Below are positions 54,061-63,852 of a DNA stretch of 64,000 nt, piece by piece. Source of the DNA: a virus (lineage: Duplodnaviria > Caudoviricetes). Location: positions 1 through 64,000 of IMG/VR virus record IMGVR_UViG_3300031760_000029. One strand, written 5' to 3'. Numbering within the stretch: the first letter of the stretch is position 1; the number at the start of each line of letters is the position of its first letter. The notes under the pieces are model-generated. The model was not told the DNA's origin. It did not search any database and saw only the letters and a program-made list of their open reading frames with translations. The position numbers and the translations under genes are program-made.

Positions 54061-55785
54061 ATGACAGCAGAACAATTGATTAAGGTAGCCATGGATATGG
54101 GCTACGCAGATGAAAAACAGACACGATATTACATTGATCGCTATCCTAAGGAGGATTATGACGAATGGCAAGATATCCGTGACTTATACAGAATGTGGGA
54201 GCCGCCTTATAGATGTGTGAAACGATCCCAAGCACATAAAAATTTCGTCGAGGTGGGTAAATGAGTGCCGAAGGATTCAACAGACAATTTAGGCCGAGAC
54301 GTATCCGATCAAACGGAGATTTTATCGTGGTACATTATGATAAAAATAAAGTTGAACCACAAGATATTGTGGATTTTTTGGACAGAATTAAGGGTATCCC
54401 AGAACGAAATCGAGGAACAGTTTTTGTAGTGGAGCCAGAGGGGATTTATTTTAAAAGGAGATCATAAAATGTACGTAAATTCAACAGCAAGACGCGATTA
54501 TGATGAGATGATGTCTTTTAGTCGTAGGGTTAAGAAGTTCCGCGAGAGTCTGAAACCAGGGATGACACTTAAGGTTCATCCGTCAACTGATAGCCAGACA
54601 TTCGACAAGAAGACAAAGCTTGCCAAGGTTGTCGAAATATACAAACACTATGTACATTTGCAAGATGATGATGGGTTCAATTACGGACCTACATACCAAA
54701 CTCTTTTAATGTGGGGTAACAATTGATGAAGATTGAAAAGTATATTAGCTCGGATAAAAACAGAAAACACAAGATGTTGTATGCGGTATATACCAATGAC
54801 GAGTCCAAGGCGTTGCGGGCCGTGAAGGATATTCGCAAAATGAAAGAAGAGTATGAAGTACGACCTGGGTATGTATCTGGGAAAGATCTGTGGTGGGATC
54901 CGAAATACGGCAAAAAGAAAGTAATGGTTGTTTCAGTAAAATGATTATTACTGCTGCCGAGTGTCATAGCTTGGTGGCGGATTGGTGCAAAAATTGCACA
55001 TTATAAATTGCAAATGAGGGGATTGTTATGAAGTGTTGTTCAAATTGTAGATTTGGAACATATTATCCAGATGATTACGTGTATTGCGGAAAACTTGAGA
55101 GTCCTAAGTATTCGCTCATTTTAGACCAGGATGATAAATGCAAAGAATGGAAGTCAACTTGTTTGTGCGGATCGTGCAAACAGGTTCGTGTGACTAATGA
55201 AGGTGAGTGGGAAGTATACGCTTGTGATTATATGACGAATGTTGATCCTTCCGATGAAGCGTGTGAACATTTTGAAAGAGGTGATAAAGATGGATTGTTG
55301 TGAGAAATGTAAATATTTCAGAGTATTGAAACACAATTTTGAAATAGGTAAAGGTTTTGAATTGTCACATGCTTGTGTTTTGTATGCAGAAGATTCTGAA
55401 TCATTCATTATAGAAGTCACACCGCAGGATATGTGTGAAATGTTTACGGAGGTTAATAATGGGTAACTGGGATGTCGAGTTAGATCAATATAAAGATATG
55501 AACGATGAAATGTTAATAGAACAAGTAATTAAGTATTTTAAAAGATCGTTAGAAAGCAGTATGCGTGCATACAATAACCCGCATATATATGGCGAAATTA
55601 AGGATTTGTCAGAATTTGATATCAAGAATTTAGCTTTATTTGAAATTTATGCGTATCAGAGGGCTATTGCTGCGATAGAAGCCGTGGAATGCTTGACAGA
55701 GTACCTTAATAATCCGAATAGCGGGGAAAATGGATTAGTACACATTGACGATGTGCGCGGAGTTATGGAGGGATATCAGGCATGA
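54061..55785 (+). other. Run of seven small hypothetical CDSs (54061-54264, 54261-54467, 54469-54726, 54726-54944, 55028-55303, 55290-55466, 55459-55785)
   Basis: Overlapping or coupled starts with GAGG-type RBSs; two are Cys-rich. Confidence 0.65.
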
Positions 55786-56219
55786 GCGATGAAATGACAA
55801 GAGAACAGGCAATCGGAATTATTACATTACACCGCGAGCATTGGCAAAGGCTTATGAAAGGCAACGTATGTTCGAAGCAGGAAGGCGAAGAATCAATAGC
55901 GGCATTTGATGTAGCACTTGCCGCACTATCAGCAGTACTGTGTAAGAATGCTATCAGCAGAGAAAGTGTATTATCCATTATCGAAGAAAACCAAGAAGAT
56001 GATGCGGATGAATGGATGGACTATCCGTGGAAGGTTACACCTAATCTGTTGATGGATGAGATGCGGAAATTGCCGCCCGTCACACCGAGCGTGATTGATG
56101 ATATCAAGGCAGAGATAAAGCAAAAGCGCGAAGAGAATAGAAACGGTGAATATGACAAAATCTTTGAACTGTGCTTACTAATCATTGATAAGCACACAAG
56201 CGGAAAGGAACAAGCATGA
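55782..56219 (+). CDS. Mosaic accessory protein (145 aa)
   Basis: Modules MTREQA / CKNAISRESV / LPPVTP / IDDIKAEI. Confidence 0.75.
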   Translation: MSDEMTREQAIGIITLHREHWQRLMKGNVCSKQEGEESIAAFDVALAALSAVLCKNAISRESVLSIIEENQEDDADEWMDYPWKVTPNLLMDEMRKLPPVTPSVIDDIKAEIKQKREENRNGEYDKIFELCLLIIDKHTSGKEQA

Positions 56220-56605
56220 GCGAGGAAATGACAAGAGAACAGGCTCGTGACACATTACGAAACGCCGCATGGTTGGGCACTGACGAGGACAGAGAACGTA
56301 TTGAGAAAGCGGTCGAATTACTTTGCGGAGAACCGTGCGAAGAAACTATCAGTCGACAGGCGGTTTTGGATTTAGCGGTAAAAATCGAGTTGCCCGACAG
56401 TCAGACGTTTTTCTGCATTAGTCCCGAAGATGTAGAAGCGTTACCACCCGTCACACCACAGCCAAAGACAGGGCATTGGATAGAGTGTGAGGAAGAAGTA
56501 AAGTGCTTTTGTTCTGAATGTAAAGAAATATCAGACTATCCAACACAGTTTTGTCCTAACTGCGGCGCGAAGATGGTTGAGCCACAGGAAAGTGAAGAAG
56601 CGTGA
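56216..56605 (+). CDS. Mosaic accessory protein with Zn ribbon (129 aa)
   Basis: Modules MTREQA / CEETISRQAV / LPPVTP / GHWI...CSEC...CPNCGAKM. Confidence 0.78.
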   Translation: MSEEMTREQARDTLRNAAWLGTDEDRERIEKAVELLCGEPCEETISRQAVLDLAVKIELPDSQTFFCISPEDVEALPPVTPQPKTGHWIECEEEVKCFCSECKEISDYPTQFCPNCGAKMVEPQESEEA

Positions 56606-57027
56606 AAACTAAAACATATTTTCATGGTGATGGACATTCTAAATGGGGCATATGGAATAATATGCGCAAGGAGTTTCAATTTGGAATATGCGAAGATACG
56701 CCGCTACTAGCAGAACGAAAATTGCGTCAAAAGATAGGTAATGACGCAAGAAAATGGCGGTTTGAAGTAAAACAATTACCATGCGCTACAAGGAAGAAAG
56801 CGAGGTATCGGATGGAGATTAAGAAGTTGACGGAATATAAAGGAGCGTCGCGTTTTGGAAATTGCATAGAATGCGGAGAGATGGAATCAGATAAACATAG
56901 ATTATACAGATTGCAGTTTAAGGGCGTTTCCATTTGCTTATGTCCCGATTGCTTTAGAACAGTCAGAGCAAAGATGAATGATGCGATTTTAGATGGATAT
57001 ATAGGCAAGGCAGAAAGCGAGGGATAG
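56602..57027 (+). CDS. Mosaic accessory protein (141 aa)
   Basis: GTGA-coupled; CIEC...CPDC; ends KAESEG. Confidence 0.65.
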   Translation: MKTKTYFHGDGHSKWGIWNNMRKEFQFGICEDTPLLAERKLRQKIGNDARKWRFEVKQLPCATRKKARYRMEIKKLTEYKGASRFGNCIECGEMESDKHRLYRLQFKGVSICLCPDCFRTVRAKMNDAILDGYIGKAESEG

Positions 57028-57029
57028 GC

Positions 57030-57209
57030 ATTGGTAAATGCAGATATGATCTGTCGGAAGATTGTCACAATAGAGATTGCCTTGATTGTGTGCTTGGAAA
57101 GATACGGGCGGAGATAAATACACCAAACAGAGGGACTTGTGATTATTTTATCGTGGATAAAATCGAAGAAATCGTTCACAAGTACAAGGAAGAAAGTGGG
57201 GAACACTAA
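57030..57209 (+). pseudogene. Cassette gene with ATT start or lost ATG (59 codons)
   Basis: GAGG RBS, ATT GGT AAA TGC..., LGKIRAEI module, ends YKEESGEH. Confidence 0.45.
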
Positions 57210-58849
57210 TGTCAACCGTATCCAAATATGAATGGAATATGTACCAAAAGCAAAAAGAATACAACGCACAAAAAGATAACAACCATTTTATCAATGAGTT
57301 TCGTAATAAGTCTAACGAAACTTTTGAACTTGCAAACAAAATAATTGAATCATTAGATACTCTTAAAAAAGTAACAAACAGCGAGGAACAGGCATGACAA
57401 GAGAAGAAGCAATATGTATAGCCGAAGAATTTAGTGAATGGCTTGAAGATATAGCTGAAAAGTATGGGTGGGATAAGGATGATGTACAGGTTTTAATAAA
57501 ACAGTTTTTGCTGTGTGAGGTCGAAGGATGACAAGAGATCCAATATAACTCACTATTAAGGAGCTGCATGAAAGCGATGGATGAGGAAAATGTATAAGAA
57601 CTATATAGCGGTGTGGTCAGTAGATGAAGAAATGAAAAGAGGTAATAAAAACTCTATTCATACTTTCATTGATACCGACGGTGATAAACTTCCTGTGTCT
57701 AGTAAACTTCACAGAGTAAGTGACGAGACGGTTAGAAAAATATGGGAATTGATTAAGGCAGAAAGTGAGGTAGAAGAATGATCTTAACACTTATATTTAT
57801 TTTTATGCTACTTTTAGGTCTTGTACTTATTTGGATTGATGATAATACGAATGCAGATACAGATATAAGTGGAGTAGTTCTTACTGCATTTGGTTCTGTT
57901 TTTCTTATTATTGCCATCATAGTAATTATTATAACACATGCATGTGCCGATCATACCATAAAGCAGAATCAAATAAATTATGAAGGATTATGTAAAAGAT
58001 ACGAAATTTCTAAATCTGAATATGAAGACGTATCTAAATCTGATGTAATAGCTGATATAACCTCCTGGAATATGGAGGTTTATAACACAAAATACTGGAC
58101 AGAAAATCCGTGGACGAACTGGTTCAATCCGCGAGAGATCGCTAATAATCTAGAGTATATTCCATTAGATGAAGAAAGCGAGGAATAGAAATATGCCAGA
58201 TGCAGAAATTGTAAAAAACGCCTTGAAGTATTTGGTGAAATTAAGAATTGATAATGGTGAGTATGGATATGCTGGTGATAATCCAGATGATTATGTCTCA
58301 TGGAAATATGTGCTTCAGATACTCGATCTTATGCCATGTGATAAAGTGGCCGACTATGGATTGTGTGGATTATGCGCAGATCAAGGCGGTTGTGGAGCTT
58401 GTGTTGCAGAGACGAGGAAAGAGTTAGAAGAAGAATTTGGTATATTGTTTTCAGATGAAATAAAGAATGATGAGGAAGAGTCCGTCCTTGATAAGATAAG
58501 AGCCGAGATTATTGAAAAAGACAGAAACGTAAAAGCCATAAGAAGTGATTGCTGTTGCTTTTTCACCGCAGATGAAATTTTAAATATTCTTAATAAGTAC
58601 ATGGTAGAAAGTGATGAATAAGCGAGGATAAAAAAGATGAAGCCAGAGGATAATTCTAAGTTTGATGGATATATAGACCGAATAACAGTTAATGGTAAAA
58701 CTTATCGTTTAAAATGTGTTATTACAGAGGTGTATCCGATGTCTTGTCCTAAATGTGGTGGTAGAGTTGAACTAAAATATGGGCATGGTAAATGTGAGTA
58801 TTGTGGAACAAATTATTCAACACAATTTAAATTACAGGAGGATAAATAA
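57209..58849 (+). other. Run of small hypothetical CDSs (57209-57397, 57394-57531, 57581-57781, 57778-58188 membrane protein, 58193-58621, 58637-58849 Zn ribbon)
   Basis: Coupled starts; most end in ...ESE junctions. Confidence 0.65.
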
Positions 58850-59003
58850 TGAGAAATTGCCATAATTGTGGAGCACCAATTGCGAGGCATTGAAATGAAC
58901 TATTATATTACAGTTGACGGCGCAATCGCAGTTATATTCATCTTGTTAGGTACTGCGGCACTTTTTAGTATGTTTGCAGAAAAATTTGCTAAGGATGATG
59001 ATC

Positions 59004-59198
59004 ATGAAAAGTAAATGTTTATTATTTTTGACAATATCGCTTTTTTTGTTGATGTTTATATATCTAATTTTCAACATCGACAAAGATGGAAAGATTGTGT
59101 ACGATGGCGGATTCTTTCGTATTATGCAGCAAGATGAAGATCAGTATATGGAAATATACGATGATGGAGCACCAAAAATTATCGAGGGGGATAACTAA
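59004..59198 (+). CDS. Small membrane-anchored protein (64 aa)
   Basis: N-terminal TM segment; TAATG-coupled to the RNA ligase gene. Confidence 0.55.
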   Translation: MKSKCLLFLTISLFLLMFIYLIFNIDKDGKIVYDGGFFRIMQQDEDQYMEIYDDGAPKIIEGDN

Positions 59199-60355
59199 TG
59201 TTAAACGAAAACAAGGAACGAGAGCTTGCGTATATAGTAGTAGTTGACAATGTCGAACCAATTGATGGTTACGACAAGATTGCTTATGCAACGGTTGGCG
59301 GCTGGCACTGTGTCGTTGGTGCAGATATGAAAGCTGGAGATAAGGCGATTTATTTTGAAATTGATTCTCTGTTGCCGAGCACGGATCAGAGATTTGCATT
59401 CTGCGAAAAATATCATTACAAGGTGAAAACCCAAAAATACTGTAAGGGATCTAGAATCTCACAGGGCTTGTTACTTCCGATTACAGAGTTTCCTGAGTTT
59501 GTAGATGCTGAAGTGGGAACATTTGTTACTAAGCAGCTTGGTGTTACCTATTACGATCCAATGGACCGTGCAAGGAAGAGTAAGGGCGAATCAACTCCTC
59601 AGTATAAGAACTGGTTTAAGAGATGGAGTAAGAGATTTCCATTCAAACAGTTGTTGAGTACAAGGATTGGTAGAAAGGTTTTATTTCCGATCTTTACCGT
59701 TAAAAAGAAAAAGCGCGTTTGGCCAGACTTTATTCCGAAGACGGATGAAGAAAGAATAAATAACTGCTGTTATGTATTAAATGATAAGACACCATACGAG
59801 GTGTCGGAGAAGGTCGACGGTTCAAGTAGCAGTTATGGCATCAGACGTGGTAAGCATGGCAAGTATGAGTACTATGTATGTTCTCGTAACGTAGTATTCC
59901 CCAGCGCCGATCAAACGTCGTATTATGCCAAGAATATTTGGTGGGAGATGTATGAAAAATATAACATCAAGGATTTTTTAACAGATTTCCTTGAGAAGAC
60001 TGGTGCAGAGTGGGTATATCTCCAGGGAGAGACGTTCGGTGATGGAGTACAGAAGCGTGATTACTCTATCAAGTGCAGAGATTTCAGAGCGTTCGTCCTG
60101 TGTACTTCGCAGCGTGTCAGATACTCGTATGCGGAAACCAAGGAGATACTTGATCAATATAATATTCCTACAGTGCCGATTATTGACACGAATTTCATTC
60201 TGCCAGATACCGCTGATGAGTTAATCACATATGCTGCTGGTCCATCTGCTATTGATGGATTGCCGAGAGAGGGTATTGTCTTAAGAAGTGTAAATGATCC
60301 GACAAAGAGCTTTAAAGCCGTAGATCCAGCTTATTTACTGCGTTTCCACGGATGA
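59198..60355 (+). CDS. RNA ligase (Rnl2-like, DRB0094 type)
   Basis: N-terminal OB-like domain (GW.CVV, YFEIDS.LP, ISQGL); motif I EKVDGSS; LQGETFG; REGIV; SFKAV. Confidence 0.88.
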   Translation: MLNENKERELAYIVVVDNVEPIDGYDKIAYATVGGWHCVVGADMKAGDKAIYFEIDSLLPSTDQRFAFCEKYHYKVKTQKYCKGSRISQGLLLPITEFPEFVDAEVGTFVTKQLGVTYYDPMDRARKSKGESTPQYKNWFKRWSKRFPFKQLLSTRIGRKVLFPIFTVKKKKRVWPDFIPKTDEERINNCCYVLNDKTPYEVSEKVDGSSSSYGIRRGKHGKYEYYVCSRNVVFPSADQTSYYAKNIWWEMYEKYNIKDFLTDFLEKTGAEWVYLQGETFGDGVQKRDYSIKCRDFRAFVLCTSQRVRYSYAETKEILDQYNIPTVPIIDTNFILPDTADELITYAAGPSAIDGLPREGIVLRSVNDPTKSFKAVDPAYLLRFHG

Positions 60356-60371
60356 TAAAAGGAGAAGAAGT

Positions 60372-60608
60372 ATGAAAAACGAAGAAGATTATTTATACGA
60401 AATATTTAAACAAGCCGAAGAAGAAAGAAAAAAGAAAAACATAAATGCATTTATGTCTGGTCTCAAAGGTGGATTGGTATGTGATTTAGATGAGGCGTAT
60501 TCATCTGGCGATTCTGTTAAATATAACAGATTGGTAACAAATATAAAGCAGCAGGGTATGCGTATTTATAGGAATTCAGATGGTAAGCATAAAATAAAAA
60601 TAGTGTAA
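60372..60608 (+). CDS. Hypothetical protein (78 aa)
   Basis: AAAGGAG RBS. Confidence 0.65.
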   Translation: MKNEEDYLYEIFKQAEEERKKKNINAFMSGLKGGLVCDLDEAYSSGDSVKYNRLVTNIKQQGMRIYRNSDGKHKIKIV

Positions 60609-60623
60609 CGAAAAGGAGAGTCT

Positions 60624-61118
60624 ATGGCTCGAAAAGTGAAATGTGTTGATACAGGTGAGTATTCCACATCAGATGTCGCATATCGGGCCACGAACGGTAA
60701 ATATTGGTCGTCCGTGGCCGCGTATAACCACCACCAGGATCAGATGGAATGGTTTCATAAGTGTGTCAATCTGATAATGGGTGAGCTTGGGTATGATGAG
60801 AATTTTATACCAACCCTTATTATGAAGAATCTGAAGAGATACGAAAAAGTTGGTTATGATGTCGCATATGACACCATCAACCACGTACACGATTCAATTG
60901 TGTGGGCACTACAAAATAAGACTTTTATTAAAGAGTTTAATAAAATCACATATGTGTTTCGGATTATAGACAATCATGTACTTGATGTATATGAGGAAAG
61001 AAAACGAGATAGGGAACAAAAGCGGATAAATGATGGGATGATTGTTCCCCAAAATGATGAGATAAATAATAGAAAGCAGGAGACGCATGACATTAGCAGG
61101 TTTTTGGCGGAGGATTAG
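60624..61118 (+). CDS. Helicase-associated protein (SPbeta YorH position)
   Basis: MARKVKC...; directly upstream of the helicase. Confidence 0.55.
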   Translation: MARKVKCVDTGEYSTSDVAYRATNGKYWSSVAAYNHHQDQMEWFHKCVNLIMGELGYDENFIPTLIMKNLKRYEKVGYDVAYDTINHVHDSIVWALQNKTFIKEFNKITYVFRIIDNHVLDVYEERKRDREQKRINDGMIVPQNDEINNRKQETHDISRFLAED

Positions 61119-61121
61119 CCT

Positions 61122-62567
61122 ATGGATTATGAGAAGTTACCCAAAGAGTTGACGGAGAAGCGCGAGGTTATTGAATGTAACTTCGTGCTTTCACTTTATA
61201 AGGATGTGACGCTGGTTGACGATTACAAAAATGTGGTCAATGGCGAAGATATTCTTACAGAAGACGGCATGTATTACTATGGATTAATTCAGAATCTTCG
61301 CAGAGCTGGATATTCCGTGGCAGACAATATGAGTATATACGAGTATCTTGAAGATAAGAAAACTCTTAAAAAGGAATTCGAGAAGCGCGGCGGGTTCGGA
61401 TCAATACAGGAAATTACTGGACTACTTACTCTTGAGAATCTTGACGTGTATTATGATGAGTTATGTAAGAGTAACTTACTTATCAGATTGCACGACAAGG
61501 GTTTCAATGTGTTGCAGAACTTAAATATGTTCAAAGAAATGAGCGCCGAAGAAGTATACGACTATATGGAGTTCCAGTTGGCGGATACTTCTGTCGGAAA
61601 AATCGACAAAAGTCAAGTGGTTGATTTGACAAAAGGATACGATGCTTTCATTAAAGAATGGGATGAAGGGAATGACGTTGGTTTTAAGATCGGATTATCT
61701 ATGCTGAATTATCAACTTCTTGGGATTCACAAAAAACATTTAATGTTGCATCTCGCTGGAATAGGACAGGGTAAAACCACAACAGCTATTGCTTGGTATG
61801 TTATTCCAGCAATTAAAAATGGGGATAGTGTAACAATTATTGCAAACGAACAAGGAGAATCAGAGTGGAGACAGATGTTATTGTCCACAATAATTTTCAA
61901 TGAAATAAATAGATATGTTAAAGGTCTTGATCGTCATAAAATGATTATAGGCAATTTCACACAGGAACAAAAGGATATAATGTATGAGGCTGAAAACTGG
62001 TTAAGCCAACAGCCAGGGAAGGTATACTTTATTGATACGCAAGATTATGATGTTAAGAGCATTAAGAAGCATATTGCAAGACAGTCTAAGCTCGGATGTG
62101 GTCTGTTTATTATTGATACAATGAAAATAACAGACGATCTCGAAAAAGCTTGGGCTGTTTTCAGTGAGGCTGCCAAGGGATTGTTCCTTGCAGCAAAAAA
62201 ATATGATGTGGCAATTGTGGCTACTATGCAGTTATCTCCAGAAGCAATGCAACGCAAATATCTGGATTTAACTTGTATCGGAAAATCTAAAGCAACAGCA
62301 GAGACTGCAAGTACTGTAGTTATGTTCCGTTCTCTTGCAAGATCTGAGAAAGAAAAGATTGAGGCTTACGAATATGATAAGGATAATAGAAAGATAAAAA
62401 GGAATATATCACTTGACCCAGATAAGGATTATATTATGATATTCACACCTAAGAATAGATACGGAAATATTTCGCCGCAGATCATTGTGGAGCGTAATAT
62501 GAGTTTCAATTCTTATAAGCAGATTGGATGGTACGAATGTGAATTTGATCAATTCCGAACAAGATGA
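61122..62567 (+). CDS. dnaB: Replicative DnaB-like helicase
   Basis: AGIGQGKTT, IANEQ, FIIDTMK, ATMQL, KNRYG. Confidence 0.88.
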   Translation: MDYEKLPKELTEKREVIECNFVLSLYKDVTLVDDYKNVVNGEDILTEDGMYYYGLIQNLRRAGYSVADNMSIYEYLEDKKTLKKEFEKRGGFGSIQEITGLLTLENLDVYYDELCKSNLLIRLHDKGFNVLQNLNMFKEMSAEEVYDYMEFQLADTSVGKIDKSQVVDLTKGYDAFIKEWDEGNDVGFKIGLSMLNYQLLGIHKKHLMLHLAGIGQGKTTTAIAWYVIPAIKNGDSVTIIANEQGESEWRQMLLSTIIFNEINRYVKGLDRHKMIIGNFTQEQKDIMYEAENWLSQQPGKVYFIDTQDYDVKSIKKHIARQSKLGCGLFIIDTMKITDDLEKAWAVFSEAAKGLFLAAKKYDVAIVATMQLSPEAMQRKYLDLTCIGKSKATAETASTVVMFRSLARSEKEKIEAYEYDKDNRKIKRNISLDPDKDYIMIFTPKNRYGNISPQIIVERNMSFNSYKQIGWYECEFDQFRTR

Positions 62568-62568
62568 C

Positions 62569-62612
62569 TTGACAACGCGACTCACACGCGCTAAAATTAA
62601 CGCGTACACACG
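62569..62612 (+). promoter_or_regulatory. ACGCG-rich sigma70 promoter
   Basis: TTGACA-ACGCGACTCACACGCGC-TAAAATTAACGCGT. Confidence 0.8.
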
Positions 62613-62624
62613 AAAGGAGCAACG

Positions 62625-63752
62625 ATGGTATACTTAGATAATGCAGCAACCACGCGGGTTAGACCAAAAGTCGCGGACGTGATGGACGCGTGGACGCGTA
62701 GTGATTATGGATTCGGAAATCCAAGCAGTCCTTATGAGATTGGACGCGACGCGCATCAAGCAATTTATCGCGCAAGATGTCATGTGGCAAATATGATTAA
62801 TGCAGATCCAGACGATATCTTCTTTACATCTTGTGGATCAGAGGCGAACTCTTGGGCAATCGATGGACTGTATTGTATCGAAAATGGTGGCGCGGTATTG
62901 ATGTCCAACATCGAACATCATTCTATTCTGAATAATAGATGTAAAAAGAAACTGATTGGCGTTGATCACAATGGACGTATTGATCTGCAGGCTCTGGAGG
63001 ACAACATCGAAGCAGACACTCCAATTGTCGCGATTATGATGGTCAATAATGAGATCGGAACTGTTCAGGATATTGCAACTCTGGATGAGATGTGCCTTGA
63101 CCACAACGTATTTCTTCATATGGATGCGGTACAGGCTCTTGGGCACATCCCGATTGATGTGAGTAAATTCAGCGCTATCAGTTCGATTTCAATGAGTGCG
63201 CACAAGATTGGCGGACCCAAGGGTGTTGGCGCATTATGGATACAGAGAGATGTGCAGCAGCTTTATCATTCGCTTATTCACGGAGGCCAGCAGGAACAAG
63301 GAAAGCGCGGCGGAACAGAAAATATTACTGGCATTATCGGGTTTGGTGAAGCATGTCATGAGACATATTTGAATATGCCATACGAACATGCGAAATACAA
63401 TGACTTCAAGAATCTATTCGTTAGTGGATTGAGTAGTAAGATTGATGGTATTGAATTCAATCGCGGTGTTGATGATATGTTTGTTCCCAATATCATTAGC
63501 ACCAAAATTAAAGGGGTAAAAGCGGAAGAACTTATTGAATATCTAAATGTTGAACACGTGTATGTATCCTCTGGATCTGCTTGCAATACAAGTGATAATG
63601 AACCTTCGCATGTACTAAAGTCGATTGGATTATCTGATGAAGATGCTAACAGCACAATTCGCGTGTCGTTTGGATGGGATACAGAAGCAGATGATGTAAA
63701 GAATGGAATTAATGCGATTGTGCGTGGAGTTGAGCTATTAAGGAGCAGATGA
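62625..63752 (+). CDS. iscS: Cysteine desulfurase (group I, IscS/NifS)
   Basis: YLDNAAT, FTSCGSEAN, EHHS, VNNEIG, HMDAVQ, SAHKIGGPKG (PLP Lys), RGGTEN, SSGSAC (catalytic Cys). Confidence 0.93.
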   Translation: MVYLDNAATTRVRPKVADVMDAWTRSDYGFGNPSSPYEIGRDAHQAIYRARCHVANMINADPDDIFFTSCGSEANSWAIDGLYCIENGGAVLMSNIEHHSILNNRCKKKLIGVDHNGRIDLQALEDNIEADTPIVAIMMVNNEIGTVQDIATLDEMCLDHNVFLHMDAVQALGHIPIDVSKFSAISSISMSAHKIGGPKGVGALWIQRDVQQLYHSLIHGGQQEQGKRGGTENITGIIGFGEACHETYLNMPYEHAKYNDFKNLFVSGLSSKIDGIEFNRGVDDMFVPNIISTKIKGVKAEELIEYLNVEHVYVSSGSACNTSDNEPSHVLKSIGLSDEDANSTIRVSFGWDTEADDVKNGINAIVRGVELLRSR

Positions 63753-63852
63753 TGATGTACACGAATACGCAATTGTTGCGAATGATCAATAAGCCGAAGA
63801 AGAAGACTTGGAAAGAACGTATTAACAGATTTCTTAAAGAAAGGGGTTTACG

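Noticed and set aside
55782-58621. Diversity-generating retroelement
   Set aside because: No reverse transcriptase, and no template/variable repeat pair with A-specific mismatches.
49059-63752. Complete Dnd/Ssp phosphorothioation operon (DndB-like plus IscS plus DUF262)
   Set aside because: The genes are scattered, DndC/D/E and SspB-D are absent, and the DGQHR gene is better explained by the SPbeta-like repressor module.
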